DNA of 62,365 nucleotides, the filler included, from Choristocarpus tenellus KU-1152 (taxonomy: Eukaryota > Protista > Phaeophyceae), in assembly GCA_964200185.2 (NCBI GenBank). It is 11 parts of 11 records of this genome, joined end to end, with 100 filler letters (N's around TTAATTAATTAA, not from the genome) between each part and the next. Parts side by side here need not be neighbours in the genome. Positions count along the whole stretch, not along the records: positions 11,264 to 13,890 come from CAXNAD020026156.1; positions 13,991 to 18,117 come from CAXNAD020016080.1; positions 18,218 to 28,113 come from CAXNAD020003300.1; 8 more parts are not named here. One strand, written 5' to 3'. Position numbers and translations under genes: made by a program. This document shows positions 12,083 through 24,600 of the stretch, piece by piece. Under the pieces are notes generated by a model. The model searched no databases, was not told the DNA's origin, and worked only from the letters and a program-made list of their open reading frames with translations. The stretch's first letter is position 1. Each line of letters begins with the position of its first letter.

Positions 12083-13607
12083 TTAGGGTTGGGGTTAATT
12101 GGAAGTACAAATATGCCCTAACAGAGATAACAATTGAGAAATGCATTGGTATTGTGAAAGTATTGGTGTGGTAATGGTCGTTCACTCAATAGGTTTTTTT
12201 TTTGAAGGAAATTTGGTATCTACCTATTCATATACCTACATTTAGTACATGATACACTTCACCTCCTTGAAGTGCTACAATTCTTTGTTAGAGGTTATGT
12301 CTTGTTTGGGCTATAACCCTAACCCTAACCCTACAGTGTGTTTATAGATCATGTTTATGTCTATCTCATGAGTTGAGGGTTGAGGCAGTGTTGTTTGCTT
12401 TCATGTTAAGGTGCTAAAAAAACGTGGGGAGATGGGAGTGTTTAAAATCAACAAAAAAAATCATTACTCTGTTGTTTCTGGGTTAGGGTTAGGGGGTTTT
12501 GTCAATATTTCCACCAATAGAATTTACTCATCGGAAAATGTAAGCCAGTAGGATACATTTGTACTACAAAACTTCCGATACCCCTCACTCTCAGTATTAT
12601 TATTACAAGCATCATTCAATTTGACTATCTCCCTCTCTCTCCCTTTCCCTCTCCTTTGACTTTTATTTTGATGTGATGTGATGTGATGTGAGGTATTTGA
12701 CCATGTCACGGGATTTGAGGGCCACTTCAACAGAGGTTGAGATATCTGAGGCTATGGAGGTGAGGAAGTAAGGTGGTTGTACCGTGGTTGAATGTTGAAT
12801 TTGAATGTTATTTGGGGATTAGACAAGGGTGTAATGCTTGTGTTGGATGGATCATGGATGGATCATGTCTTGTCGTGGTCTGACATACCTTCCACAGGTA
12901 ACACTTGTAGGTGGGGTTAGGGTTAGGGTTAGAGTGATATGTATCCTACCGGTCTATTTCTTTTGAGGGTATCATACAAGATCGTGTATTGACGTATTGC
13001 ATGAAGTTGATTAAAAAAAAAAAGTTAATTCAAATCAGAACAAAATGACCGTCACTATCTATCAATCAAAATGAATGTAGCCAACAATTGCCTGGTGTTG
13101 AGGTTAGGGTTAGGGTTAGACCAATTGACATGCCCGATGTGATGCCACCTGTTGAGAGTATTTAACAATGAAACCTTTCTAAATATCTTAACCTTTTTGT
13201 CTGCTTCCATTTGGTTAGGGTTAGGGTAAGGGCAATGAATACCTTTTGTCGTAGTTTTGTTATGGAGGGGTGTTTCTACCCTAACCCTAAGTATTTCTTT
13301 TGTTTTAACCCTAATCCTAACCCTCTGCTTGTTTGCGTTGCTCGTTGATTCTTGATATGATTTTACCATCACAATGCAACATGGGTGTTAAACCACCTCC
13401 AGTGGACCATGGGTACTCTCAAGTCCACGGTGATGTTGCTGACACCCCAAGCGAGTCACAATCTGTCAAAAGATATTGGACACTGCCGAAATTCAGAATC
13501 TGCTGCAAAGCTGTTCAAGGCAAGTGGGGTTAGGGTTAGGGTGGTCATTTGTTGCTGTGCTTTGTAACAGTATTAACAATGGTGGTAAATGTGGGTTAGG
13601 GTTAGGG
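12083..13607. repeat. Cluster of ~10 short interstitial telomere-like (TTAGGG)1-3 tracts in both orientations
   Basis: Tracts at ~12083, 12314 (CCCTAA), 12480, 12914, 13102, 13213, 13278 and 13306 (CCCTAA), 13527, 13593. Confidence 0.9.
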
Positions 13608-13650
13608 GACGGTGCAGATAACAAGACCTGTGATTGTCTAGGAGTGAAGT
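12100..13650 (-). mobile_element. Possible decayed Helitron Rep-region remnant
   Basis: Frameshifted fragments LALNSF...EFRQCPISFDRL, HWRWFNTHVAL, KKVKIFRKVSLLNTLNRW, QALHPCLIP, SLRYLNL resemble the DUF6570 / PxLFP / YxKHLL series of RepHel proteins; weak, by eye. Confidence 0.3.
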
Positions 13651-13890
13651 ACAAATTGTTGCTATTCGGGTACAAAGATAATAATAATATTGTTATTGTA
13701 AGAGATTTGAGAATATTATTATTAACAAGTGTACTGTATTGATGGTGTAATGGTTTGGTTTAGCTTGTAGCGTTTGTGATACCTATCACGGTTAGCTCCT
13801 GACCTCCTGCCCCCCCCGCCCCCTTGTCCTTAGTCACCAGTATTTTTTCGATTTTTGGGGACGAAATTCAGTATTCTCAAGGATGTTGGA

Positions 13891-13990
13891 NNNNNNNNNN
13901 NNNNNNNNNNNNNNNNNNNNNNNNNNNNNNNNNNTTAATTAATTAANNNNNNNNNNNNNNNNNNNNNNNNNNNNNNNNNNNNNNNNNNNN
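13891..13990. other. Artificial contig linker
   Basis: N44-TTAATTAATTAA-N44. Confidence 0.99.
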
Positions 13991-14299
13991 GGGGGAGTAG
14001 TGGCGATTTTTATGTAGGTGGTGTAACGTAAGCTGTGAGGCGGTAAACTATAACTGTACTATATGAGGGTGTGTCTGATATTCGTGGAAGTGGAATGAAG
14101 ACTCATCACAATGTGGCCCTTGAAAAACATGAGATTTGGTGATTTTACAAAGGCATGCACAATAATTTTGATAGCAGTGTTTTATTCATACATTTGATGG
14201 CCCCTGGCATACTGAACACCATGAAGTCATCTACCAATCAGGCGTACTCTTATTTGCAAATGGGACAATGATTTAGATGTACTTGGCATTAGTAAGCTG

Positions 14300-16200
14300 T
14301 GGGCATCACCTGTTTTCTGTGATGAATTTTTTGTTCTCCTGGCCCAATAAGACCCTTACTGTTCTTGTGCCTGGGAAAGAGGTTGCCACAGGAACTGTAT
14401 TGATACTCCCATGCTTTGGTTGTTCTTGATCTGGAATGTGCTGTGTGTGTGTTCTGTCTCATTGAAGTCATGTAATAAAGTATTTATTGTAGATACACTG
14501 GAAGTAGGACTACATGTTTTAGATATAGTTTGTCCTCCCCTTTTCCCCAGTCCAAACATCACATCATCTCAATTCCCTTTGTTGAATGCTACCTAGGTTG
14601 ATAGCGATTTTTCCTAACTTGTCCTTTGTTCTCGTTTATTTATTTTTTCATTGGATGGGGGGGGGGATGAGGTCTGCAGCTTCCACAGTGCTCAAGCTGT
14701 GAGGGAGAGGGTACCCTCACATGTGTGTTCTGCGGGGGTATGGGCTACATATTGAAAGACGGGGATGCCAGTATCTGCCCTCAGTGAGTAGACATGGTTT
14801 GAGTACCGATGTGCTAGTGTTAGTTAATTTGATTGAGGTCCCCCTGTGTGTGAAGAGATAGCAAATTCATGTGGGTACATGAAAAATATATTCATGGTCT
14901 GTATTGAAATACTGATAACATAGATACCAAAAAAAATCGGAATCAGTTTTTGCATTTTTATGTATTTACCTACACCTTTGTGAAGAAACCATGGGGTTTG
15001 ATGGAGCTCTCTGATGATGGTTCCAAGGGACTACAGTGGAGGATTCATGATATATCACACTATCAAGAAATGTTTTTCACAGATTTCAGGAAAAGTAATT
15101 GAGAGGTAGCAGGTTTGGGTCCATTTGCACCTTACACCAATTTCATAGCTTCATGTAAACAGTAGCTTCCGACAGGTTGGTGTTCCCCCTTCTCACATGC
15201 GCAGAATGACACCACAATTTGACAAAAGCCCGTTCATCAATTGTACAAGAAGCTTCTTTGACCATTTCTCGGGATCCTAAAAGTGCAACCTTGCCTACCT
15301 CTCAACTGCTTTGATTTTTTTTCCCTGTTTCTGTTGATTAAATTAAATGTAGTCTTGTGTGAGGCAACAAATATTAGGATAACATTTTCAGCATCAGCGA
15401 AAAGTCATGGTAGTGGAGAGTATTGAATGTATGCCTTGAAACGTCATACCCAAACGCCAATTCCCCCCAGTATGTGATTGGCAGGAATCTCTGATTTGGC
15501 CCCAAAAGGTCTTGGGTGATATTTGGAACTATGGTCCCGTCATACATGGTCAAGTTTACAATTAGAATGAGGGAAGTAATTACTTGGAACTCATAATGTA
15601 GTAGGTGTGTTCTTTAAGAAAAGAGAAGTCCCCAATTCAATTGTTTTGTACATGTAACTCTCAGGTGTAGGGTACCTTGTAGTTTTTTCTTTGTATGGGG
15701 GTTGAAGGTCAAGCAAATAATAGCTTAATTGGCACGATAAACTGAACTGGATTTTTTTCTCAGTTGGGTTTTCACTAAATGAGTGTCACAGGTTTATTGG
15801 GTCACAATGGAAACAAGAATCATAGTTCGACAATCTGTTGATACTCATGAAAACACGAATTACCATTTTCAGTTGGTAGTATGTAACGAACGAAGAGAGA
15901 GTCGTTGACAAAGTGTGTTCCTTTATATTTTTCTTGTTGGTGTAGGTTGTTGGTTGTTCTGTTCCAAGTTGGTTTCCATCACTGAACCACCACGAAATAG
16001 TTAAGTACCTTTTCATAGAGAACATACTTTCTTATAGTCCGTGCGGGTTAGGTGACAATGTTTTGCAATCAGCTGTATTTTGTACACCCTGTTTGCTAGC
16101 CCTAATAGATTTTTTATTTCCCCGGTCACTGCTGCCTCGTGTTCCCTTGACAGTTGCATGGGAGAGAAGGTCACTACGTGCACAGGATGTGATGGCATGG
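14300..16200 (-). mobile_element. Possible decayed DNA-transposon coding remnant
   Basis: No intact ORF; fragment VSFCACEKGEHQPVGS (~15215-15165) resembles the HGKGxxDGVG motif of some DDE transposases. Confidence 0.25.
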
Positions 16201-18117
16201 GAATCGAAAGGGGGTCCTACTAGGTGATCATCTCTTTATCTTCCTCCACAGCAGATGGCAAAGCTGCTTGATTACGCATTACACGCGCTACACATGCAGG
16301 CAGCAGGAAGGAAGGACAGGTCGTTGAGGGGGGAAGGGCGGGTGTGGATAGAAAAAGTTAAGGTTGATTTTATAGCTGTTGACTTCTCGCACATCGTTCT
16401 GTCCTAGATTTGTTGAAGGGTTCTAACATTTGTGTTTGTCCTGTTTGCCTTTTTATATACATGGTTTCAATCAGCATCCTTGTTGCCTGTACCTATTATG
16501 TGAACGTCACTATTTAGCAGGGATCTTGTGGCATACTGCTTGTGTTCGATTGACATAATTTTCTGTTGAGGAATTATTGTGGGTTATTCTGTGTGGGATG
16601 CCTTCCATCCCCCCCCTCCCTCAGTTCCAGTTCCAGTTCCAGGTTTTCGAGAGGTACTGTTGAGATCACAGTTCCATTGTGAGTCAAGTATGGACCGAAC
16701 ATGCCAAGGGAAGGAAAAACAGAGGTCAAGATAACAATAAACCCTTGGGTATTGTGTTGTGTAGAGGCCTTGAACTGCGGTAAAATCAGTTCACCACAGT
16801 GAGTTGTTATATCTAGTTCGTATGGTCAGGAAGAGTAGAGGTCAAGTGGTGGAGGCTTAGCAGGATCACTTGGAAGATTAAAGAAGTTAGCAAATGATGA
16901 GATGTGCGGGTGTCAATGAAGGAAGTTGAAAGGCCTTGCTACAATGTCAAGTTTGTCTCACTTATGGGAATCCCCAGTCTGCCAGGTAACGTAGATCTAA
17001 CCAGAAATATTTTACCTTAAAGTGATGGAAAATTGCCAGGCACAACACAAATGATTGCTGAAAGCAAAGGGCAGAACATAGTGAAGCTATCGATTTGAGA
17101 TTATTCAGTTCAAAAGTACAGTAGTCAATCAGCTATGATATTTCTCACTCTGAACTATAATAGTTCGTCTTACTCTTTTGCTCATGGGGGCTGTGCATGT
17201 TGACTTCTTTGTTTTTGCAAAGTATCCATTCAAGGTTACACTTGATTTTGTACTTGATACAATAGATTTTTAGACCTGGATCAAATCGCCCCCCCTGTGG
17301 ATCCTTCCGGTTAACTATCTGAATTTACATAATGAGCAAGCATACAAGATGTAGACATTATGGCAGGGGGAATTGTGCAGTCTAAAATGAAACATAAATG
17401 TGTGTCGATGTACCTCATGCCATACCTGCATCTAGTTCATTAATGTCAAAGTTTGGAAGTGAGACTGAGAAAGGGTTGAAACTTATTGCGAAAGTTTAAA
17501 ACAATGATCACCTTTATTTTGTCACTCGAGCCTTCCGTGGCACACACTATTATTTTATGTTGGGATTGTTTTTGTGGTCCGCTTTTTCCAAGGCGATGTT
17601 TACATCCCAGAAAAAACGTAGCGCTCAACATTAGGGTCACTCTAGAACTTTCTGTCATACTTAATGTCTTAATTTTTGGACTGGAATGATTTGTTTGTTG
17701 TGCAAGAGATCTAGGGCTGTTGCGTAGTGTTCCTTGTCCACAAAGTTTTCCCAATATCAAATGAAAAAATCTAGAAATGGGTAGTTCACATAGAAAAAGT
17801 GGATTCTTGAGAAATGTAGTTGTTTTTTTGTCTTTTTATGGATGGTTGCTTCAGACAAGCTCCTCAGTGGATATTCAATTGTCTCCATTATTAGTGTCAT
17901 TTTGATGAAGACTTGGAGGTAGTTGATGCACAGCAGCCACTTAACAGCCTCTCGCCAAAATTGAGGATGGAGCACACTATGGAGGATGGGTATTTGACCA
18001 AAATGGTGAGCGGAAAGTGTCCATATGTTTTTTTTGTAAATGTTGCGGCACTTTTGAAGGGCCCCTTTTTGAATGGGAATCCATGCCGAAGGTGGTAGTA
18101 GGACAGTGTGTGGGGGG

Positions 18118-18217
18118 NNNNNNNNNNNNNNNNNNNNNNNNNNNNNNNNNNNNNNNNNNNNTTAATTAATTAANNNNNNNNNNNNNNNNNNNNNNNNNNN
18201 NNNNNNNNNNNNNNNNN
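18118..18217. other. Artificial contig linker
   Basis: N44-TTAATTAATTAA-N44. Confidence 0.99.
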
Positions 18218-18333
18218 CATACGGCAATACGGTATAATAACAGACAAACATGCTTTCCACAGTAGTACATAAATAGTTATGGGGTAAAATTAGAGACATT
18301 AGGAAATGATACAAATTTATGATGTTTTATTTC

Positions 18334-18420
18334 TTTAGGGCTTACACTGACATATGTATAGTTTTCATTTGTTTCCCCCCTGACACATCTGCAAAGTATT
18401 AGAGAGCATAATAATATATA
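18334..18420 (+). repeat. ~90-bp dispersed element, full copy upstream of the ABC-F gene
   Basis: TTTAGGGCTTACACTGACATATGTATAGTTTTCATTTGTTTCCCCCCTGACACATCTGCAAAGTATTAGAGAGCATAATAAT. Confidence 0.85.
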
Positions 18421-18669
18421 TCACTATACTATACTACATCTACATTCCATTAATAAGAAACAAACCCAAATACACAAGGAACGACATGCGAGTAGTTCGC
18501 GCCTACATATAGACGCACGATCACTATAATTCCGACACATCATGCATATTGAAATTGTAATAAAAACATCCCAACATTTCATATTGAAAACCAAACAACA
18601 TCACAACATTACTTTAGAGGTGTACATGACCTTGCAGAGCAGGTTAGGAGGGTAATCTGGGTGCACACT

Positions 18670-21600
18670 ATGCGGTCATTACCACTCCTTAACCTTGTTG
18701 GGTTGTCGACGTTTTCAGCTACGTCCGCTTTCGTTGCGCCATGTTCGTCCCGACTAACTGCACACACTTGCAAGGCAATCTCTACCTCCCAAGCAAATCG
18801 GTATCACCATGGAACCAGGACTTCTACTGTATCTATGATGGCTAAAAAGAAGAAAGGTCCTGCTGCGGATGCCCTGGCCTCACTTGAAGCTCTGGAACAG
18901 CAGGAGGCTTTGTCAATGACTGAAACAGTAGAACTTCAACCCCCCAAGCAACCTACCCAGTCCACACCGTCCAAGTCGAAAAAGAACAAGCGAAAGGGCC
19001 CAGCGGCGGACGCGCTAGCGGCTCTGGAAGAGCTAGAGCAAGATGGAGGTAAGTCGTCACTGATGCTTGCTATTGTTGACCGTAGGTTTCAAGAGGTAAA
19101 TCGTTGTAGTTTGACCTTTGCCGATCACACCTCAGCTACGTACTCACCTCACGCTACACAGGGACATTGGATTCTGAGGGACAGTCGACTACGCCGCCAG
19201 AGGTTGAGATGAACCTTAAAGAAAGTAAGAAGGTCAACCCCCCCCAGGCCAAGTCGAAAAAGAATAAGCGAAAGGGTCCAGCGGCGGACGCGCTAGCCGC
19301 TCTGGAGGAGCTAGAGCAAGATGAAGGTAAGTTGACACTGATACTTGTTCCTTGTTGACCGTAGTTTTCAAGAGGTAAATCGCTGTAGTCAGTCTTTGGC
19401 TCCCACATATCGATCACACCTGATCTATGTACTCACCTCACGCTACACAGGTACACTAGACTCTGAGGGACCGTCGACTATGCCGCCTGAGGTTGAGATG
19501 AACCTTAAAGCAAGTAAGGTCAACCCCCCCCAGCCCAAGTCGAAAAAGAAAAAGCGAAAGGGTCCAGCGGCGGACGCGCTAGCCAGTCTGGAGGAGTTAG
19601 AGCAAACCGAAGGCAAGTTGGCATCGATACTCCTTACGTATCTTTGGAGTCACATTTTGACTCCACCTTCCACGCTATATGCTCACTATATGCAGGGATG
19701 CTGGATTCTGAAGAATCGTTCACTATGCAGCTAGAGGTTGGGATGGACCTGGAGGAAAGTATGGAGGTCAACCTTATGCAGCCTCAAGTGCAAGGGAAGA
19801 AGAAAAAGAAAGGAAAGCAAGGCAAAGTTAGCGAGGACTCCCAGGAACAGCCTGTGGTAGAAACGGTGAGACTTTGAGATTTGTCTGCCATATACTGGTA
19901 TTTGATGATGGAAAGCTGTATGTCCAATAGATCTATTGGTATCATATCCTAATTAAATGTTTATTGGACACGATATAGTAATGACCATAATCCAAACCAT
20001 TGACCAAATGTTCTGGAGTGCTTGAAGTGAAGACCACTATTTGCGAGACACCAGTTTATTGGTATGTAGTCAAGGACTGCGATAGCTTTCTTGATCAAAC
20101 CAGTACCTGTTTTTGCTCTCACTGTGAAATGTTTGAACAGACTCCTGCTGAGATTGAGGATGTACAGGTGCCTGCTTCAAGTGGTGATGGCTCTGAAGCT
20201 GGTGCCAGCGTGACTGATGTGGTGATAGAAGAAACCCTTGAGGAGAAGATTAGGAAAACACGTCCACCTCCTCGTGTGCGTATTTCAGAAGAGACTCAGC
20301 CAGGATTTGTCTCCCTGCGCCTTGATAAGGTGGCTGTGACATTCCGTAACCAGCAAGTCGTCCAGGATGCAAGCTGGGAGGTTCATACAGGAGACCGACT
20401 TGGCCTCGTTGGTCCCAATGGTATGTTCTATGTTAATGTCTCTATATCTCAATGACAAGTGTGTGGAGTGTGTTGAAAATGGAAGGGAATATCCTATGAT
20501 TTTACTTGATCTGTGAATTTTTACACTTGATAGCATGCATTCCGTTCTAAATACATTTGAGAGCACGCATGACATAGGAAATTGTTGTAGGGCATGGAGA
20601 AATACCGTTTATGATAGATTTAAATGCCTCTCAACGAGTGGAAATCTTTCCTATTTTTTGGTTCGTGGCGTATGAAGATATTTTGTTTCTTTCCGGTCTA
20701 GTGAACCCAAGTGTGCTTGAATAAACCTTGCTGCATGTGCATCAGGAAGTATATGCTCATAAGTATGACAAGAACCTTGTACCACATATATTGCATAGGT
20801 TTGAAGGATGACCTCGCATATTTGACGTTTTAGCTCTATGAGTGCGCTACTGAAAGGTGAAATTTTGAGGTAGTTTTGAATAGTTTGTTCCATAGTCCCC
20901 TTGCCAAATCTACTTGTATTTCTATTTACTTGTGATAAGGGATTAGTACTTGGTAGATGTTATTTTTCAATAGGTTTCTATTTGTCATGGATTTTCTTGA
21001 ATCTTAACTGCTTCGATCTCTTATTTGCAAGTGTAGTCATAATCCTTTGTGCTTGTATTTCAGTTGTAGTCTCCAATTTGGTTTCTTATCAGACTATTAA
21101 TAGATTTTTCAGCACCCTTTAAGGAGATTCAGATGCTTACCCCATCTGCTTCAAGTCATTTACTTGAATCCTCCCACAAGTTTGAAGGGGACCATTTTTT
21201 GCCCCACTCTTTCAAATAATATTTTTGTTGGGGGGTGTTGAATGAGTGGGGTCAGATATATGTGTTGCACACCTTGACCAATGCAATATCATCATAGCAC
21301 AGGTTCAATGTTGGTTTGATCTCGCCAAAGCACTGTGTAGACAAAAATATGTAGACAAGTTGCAATTACTGTTGCAAGAATATCATACTTTTTAGACCAA
21401 ACAGGCTCAAGCAACAACATATATTACTGATTGAAGGCCTGAGTATTAGCTGGATAGCAGACGGTATGCAGGGAATTAATTGCCTGATCATTTCCGTAGA
21501 AGATGGAGGTTACTAGTTGGGGCTGTCCTGAGTGCAAACGGCAATGAGTGTTTGCTGGATGATGCCATGGTGTTACACTGACAACATGAATACTTTGAAG

Positions 21601-24600
21601 GGTTGTGGTATTACAGCCAGGGTGATGATAGAAAGTCTAGTAATGCTTGCTCATAGATTTTTTTTTTCTGGTCTGGTCTAGATAGCCCCTCTATGTGGAC
21701 CTGAGTTGGTGCCTGTTCATTGTTCGTTTTGTTTTTGACCAAGTATTATATTAATCAGTTCTGATCAGTGCACAAAATGAGTTGTTTCTAAATTTTGGAA
21801 ACAAAATTGAAACCTGTTGGTGCAAGAGCACGCAATATAATACAGTTCAATAAAATGCATTATGTTCAGTACAATTTTGTTTTTCTAAATTAATGTATTT
21901 CCTGCCGTGGTTAGAACCGATTCTAGACTGGAATACATTTAGTTAAAGTGTCGCCCCGCAGCTGCAAGCTGCGCCTTTCCTGGTGAACAACTTTCAAGAT
22001 ATATATTCTGAAGAGTTGACCAAGAATATTCTGAATTGTAAATGATAGTGGATGTTACAGCACAAGTGAATTCTGAGAGGTTTGCTGGACAACAGATGTG
22101 ATACATTGAAAGGCCCTGAATGTTGACTGTTCTGGTAATGGACAAGATAAGAGTGAGAGGGTCATAGCTTTTTCCTGGACAAGGGATAATATTAGTCAAA
22201 TTTGACAGAATATTCTAGGGTAAAGTTGACTTGGAGCGTTTTTTTATGCATGGGGTGATGTAATTATGTATGTATTGCATTTTAAAAAGCAAGTTCATAT
22301 GCAGGCATGTTCCTGAGGAGGGTTGCACAAACTCCAGTTGAATGAGATCAAATATGTGTTGTTCTGTATGGTATTGAGAGCCTCAACATCAAAATCAATC
22401 TGCTAGTCACTGGTATGAATCTAGTTTTGCCTTCCCTGTGCTTTGTCAAAATCTTCATTGGTTTATATAAGTGATGTCGACCTCTTATTTGATGTTGTAA
22501 CTGTTTTTGCTGTTGACAGCACAATGCCACCTGCCCCATCTTTTTATAGTATCATGCTTGTGTACCTACCTCAACTTGGCTCTTGTTTTGCACTTCTGTG
22601 TATCTTTGTGGGGTGTGTATAGGCGGAGGGAAAACAACCCAGATCAAGATTCTTGCTGGAGATATACAGCCTACTGCGGGTGAAGTTATAAAGTCATCCA
22701 AAGATCTGCGTGTGGCCCTTTTGCGCCAAGAGTTTGTTGATGAACTTGTCATGGAACGCTCCTTGAAGGATGAGATGCGTTCTGTTTTTGTAGAGGAGGA
22801 GGCCCTTTTGAAGAGTCTTCAGTTGTGTGAGGTGAGGCTGTTTTACGTTCACAAGTCAGTCCTTTGTTACCATTTGTAACTCTATTATAATCCCAACAAT
22901 TTCATTGCTGAACAATGTCTGAGGCTTCTTCTTCAAATATATGTGATTGTCCTCTCCTTGCTTTGTTGTGTATTAAACCTCTGGTTCATATGTCACAAGG
23001 AGATGTGCACGTAACATCCCTATCAAATATGATGTTGTTGTACAGTACATTACATAGACTGAACCTCTGCAAATGTAAAAGGGAAAATTGAGATTCTTCT
23101 ACATTGCTCCATTTTTTACATACATACCCTCACAAACATAGGATTTCTTCACTGTGAGGGAAATACATAATGCAGAATCAACACATGATAAAAATATTTG
23201 ACACTACATGCCGTTAATTAGAGTTGTACTTTTTGCTTATGACTGCAAGCCATTCAGACATGATGACTCGAGTGACTAATGTGTTGGTTCACACAATTCA
23301 CATTTACACTATCATTGGCTCAGGGAAAAAAACCTGTGACTACTTCAAAATGTTTTGTAGCCAAGTTGACTAATTCTGTTATACACTGCAAGTGTAGGAA
23401 TTTTTTAGTGACTAGAAAAATCTCCTACTAATTATTCTATCATTACAAATTACTCTCTCTATAATGTGAGCTGTAACGATTACCTTGTGAGTGATCCCAC
23501 ATGTGATACCCTGAGATGCAAATATTTTTAAATTGCATGCAACATTGGGGAGAATAGTGGGTATGACATTTTTTTTTTGTGAATTAAAAACATTCTGTCG
23601 TCCTTTTTGAAGAAAATAGCCTTTGTGCTGCTGGGTTGTGTGAAATTGTGTTTGCCAGGAAGAACTTCAACTGAAGGAAGTACAGGAAGATCCTGACAAG
23701 ATGGAGGATGTACTGAACCGATTGGCAGACCTGCAGGAGGAAATTGAGCGCAAGAAGGTTTATGATTTGGACACAAAAGTGCAACGGATTATGGATTTAA
23801 TGGGTTTCTTGCCCAGGTGAATCTTCACTGAATAGTTTGTTGTGTGGAGTTAGCAATGTCAACTTGCAAGTTTAGATACCACTTGTCTCACTTGCTCTTA
23901 GCATCATTGGACTCTGTGTAATTGAATCCCCCTCCATGACTTGAAACCACAGTGAAGGCGAGCAGCCGGTATCTAGCTTTAGTGGTGGCTGGCGGATGCG
24001 TATTGGGTTGGGCAAGATCTTGCTCCAAGACCCCAACATGCTCTTGTTGGATGAGCCGACGAATCATCTGGACCTGGAAAGTGTGGAATGGCTCGAACAG
24101 TTTCTCATCAATCAGAATCTTCCCATGGTGCTGGTAAGTCATGACAGGGAATTTCTGGACCGTGTCTGCACAGGGATTGTTGACACAGATGGGGGGATTA
24201 CTTCCACATACCCTGGAAATTACAGTCGGTTCCTCAAACTTAAGAAATTAAAACTGGAGTCCCAGGAGGCTGCATATCGCAATCAGCAGAAGAAAATCAA
24301 GGAGGAAAAGGCTTGGATCAACAAGTTCAAGTCAAAGTAAGTCCCACCTTTCTCCCATTGTGTGCTTGTTGATGACTTGATTATGAATGGATGTAGTAAT
24401 TGAGGACCTGTACCTTATTGTTCACAGAAAACCTTCAACCCCCTACCCTAAGAAGTATGATTTCTGTCCTCATGATCTAGTTGAGCAGTGATAGAATTTG
24501 TAGTGTCTGCATGGAGTTACATGCTTGAGTTGTGTTGATCAGATCTACATCTTTAATGTTGAAGTAGATGGGTCATCCTACCTCAATTGTCCTACTTCTC

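Noticed and set aside
12083-13607. True chromosome telomere
   Set aside because: Tracts are only 1-3 units, dispersed and in both orientations.
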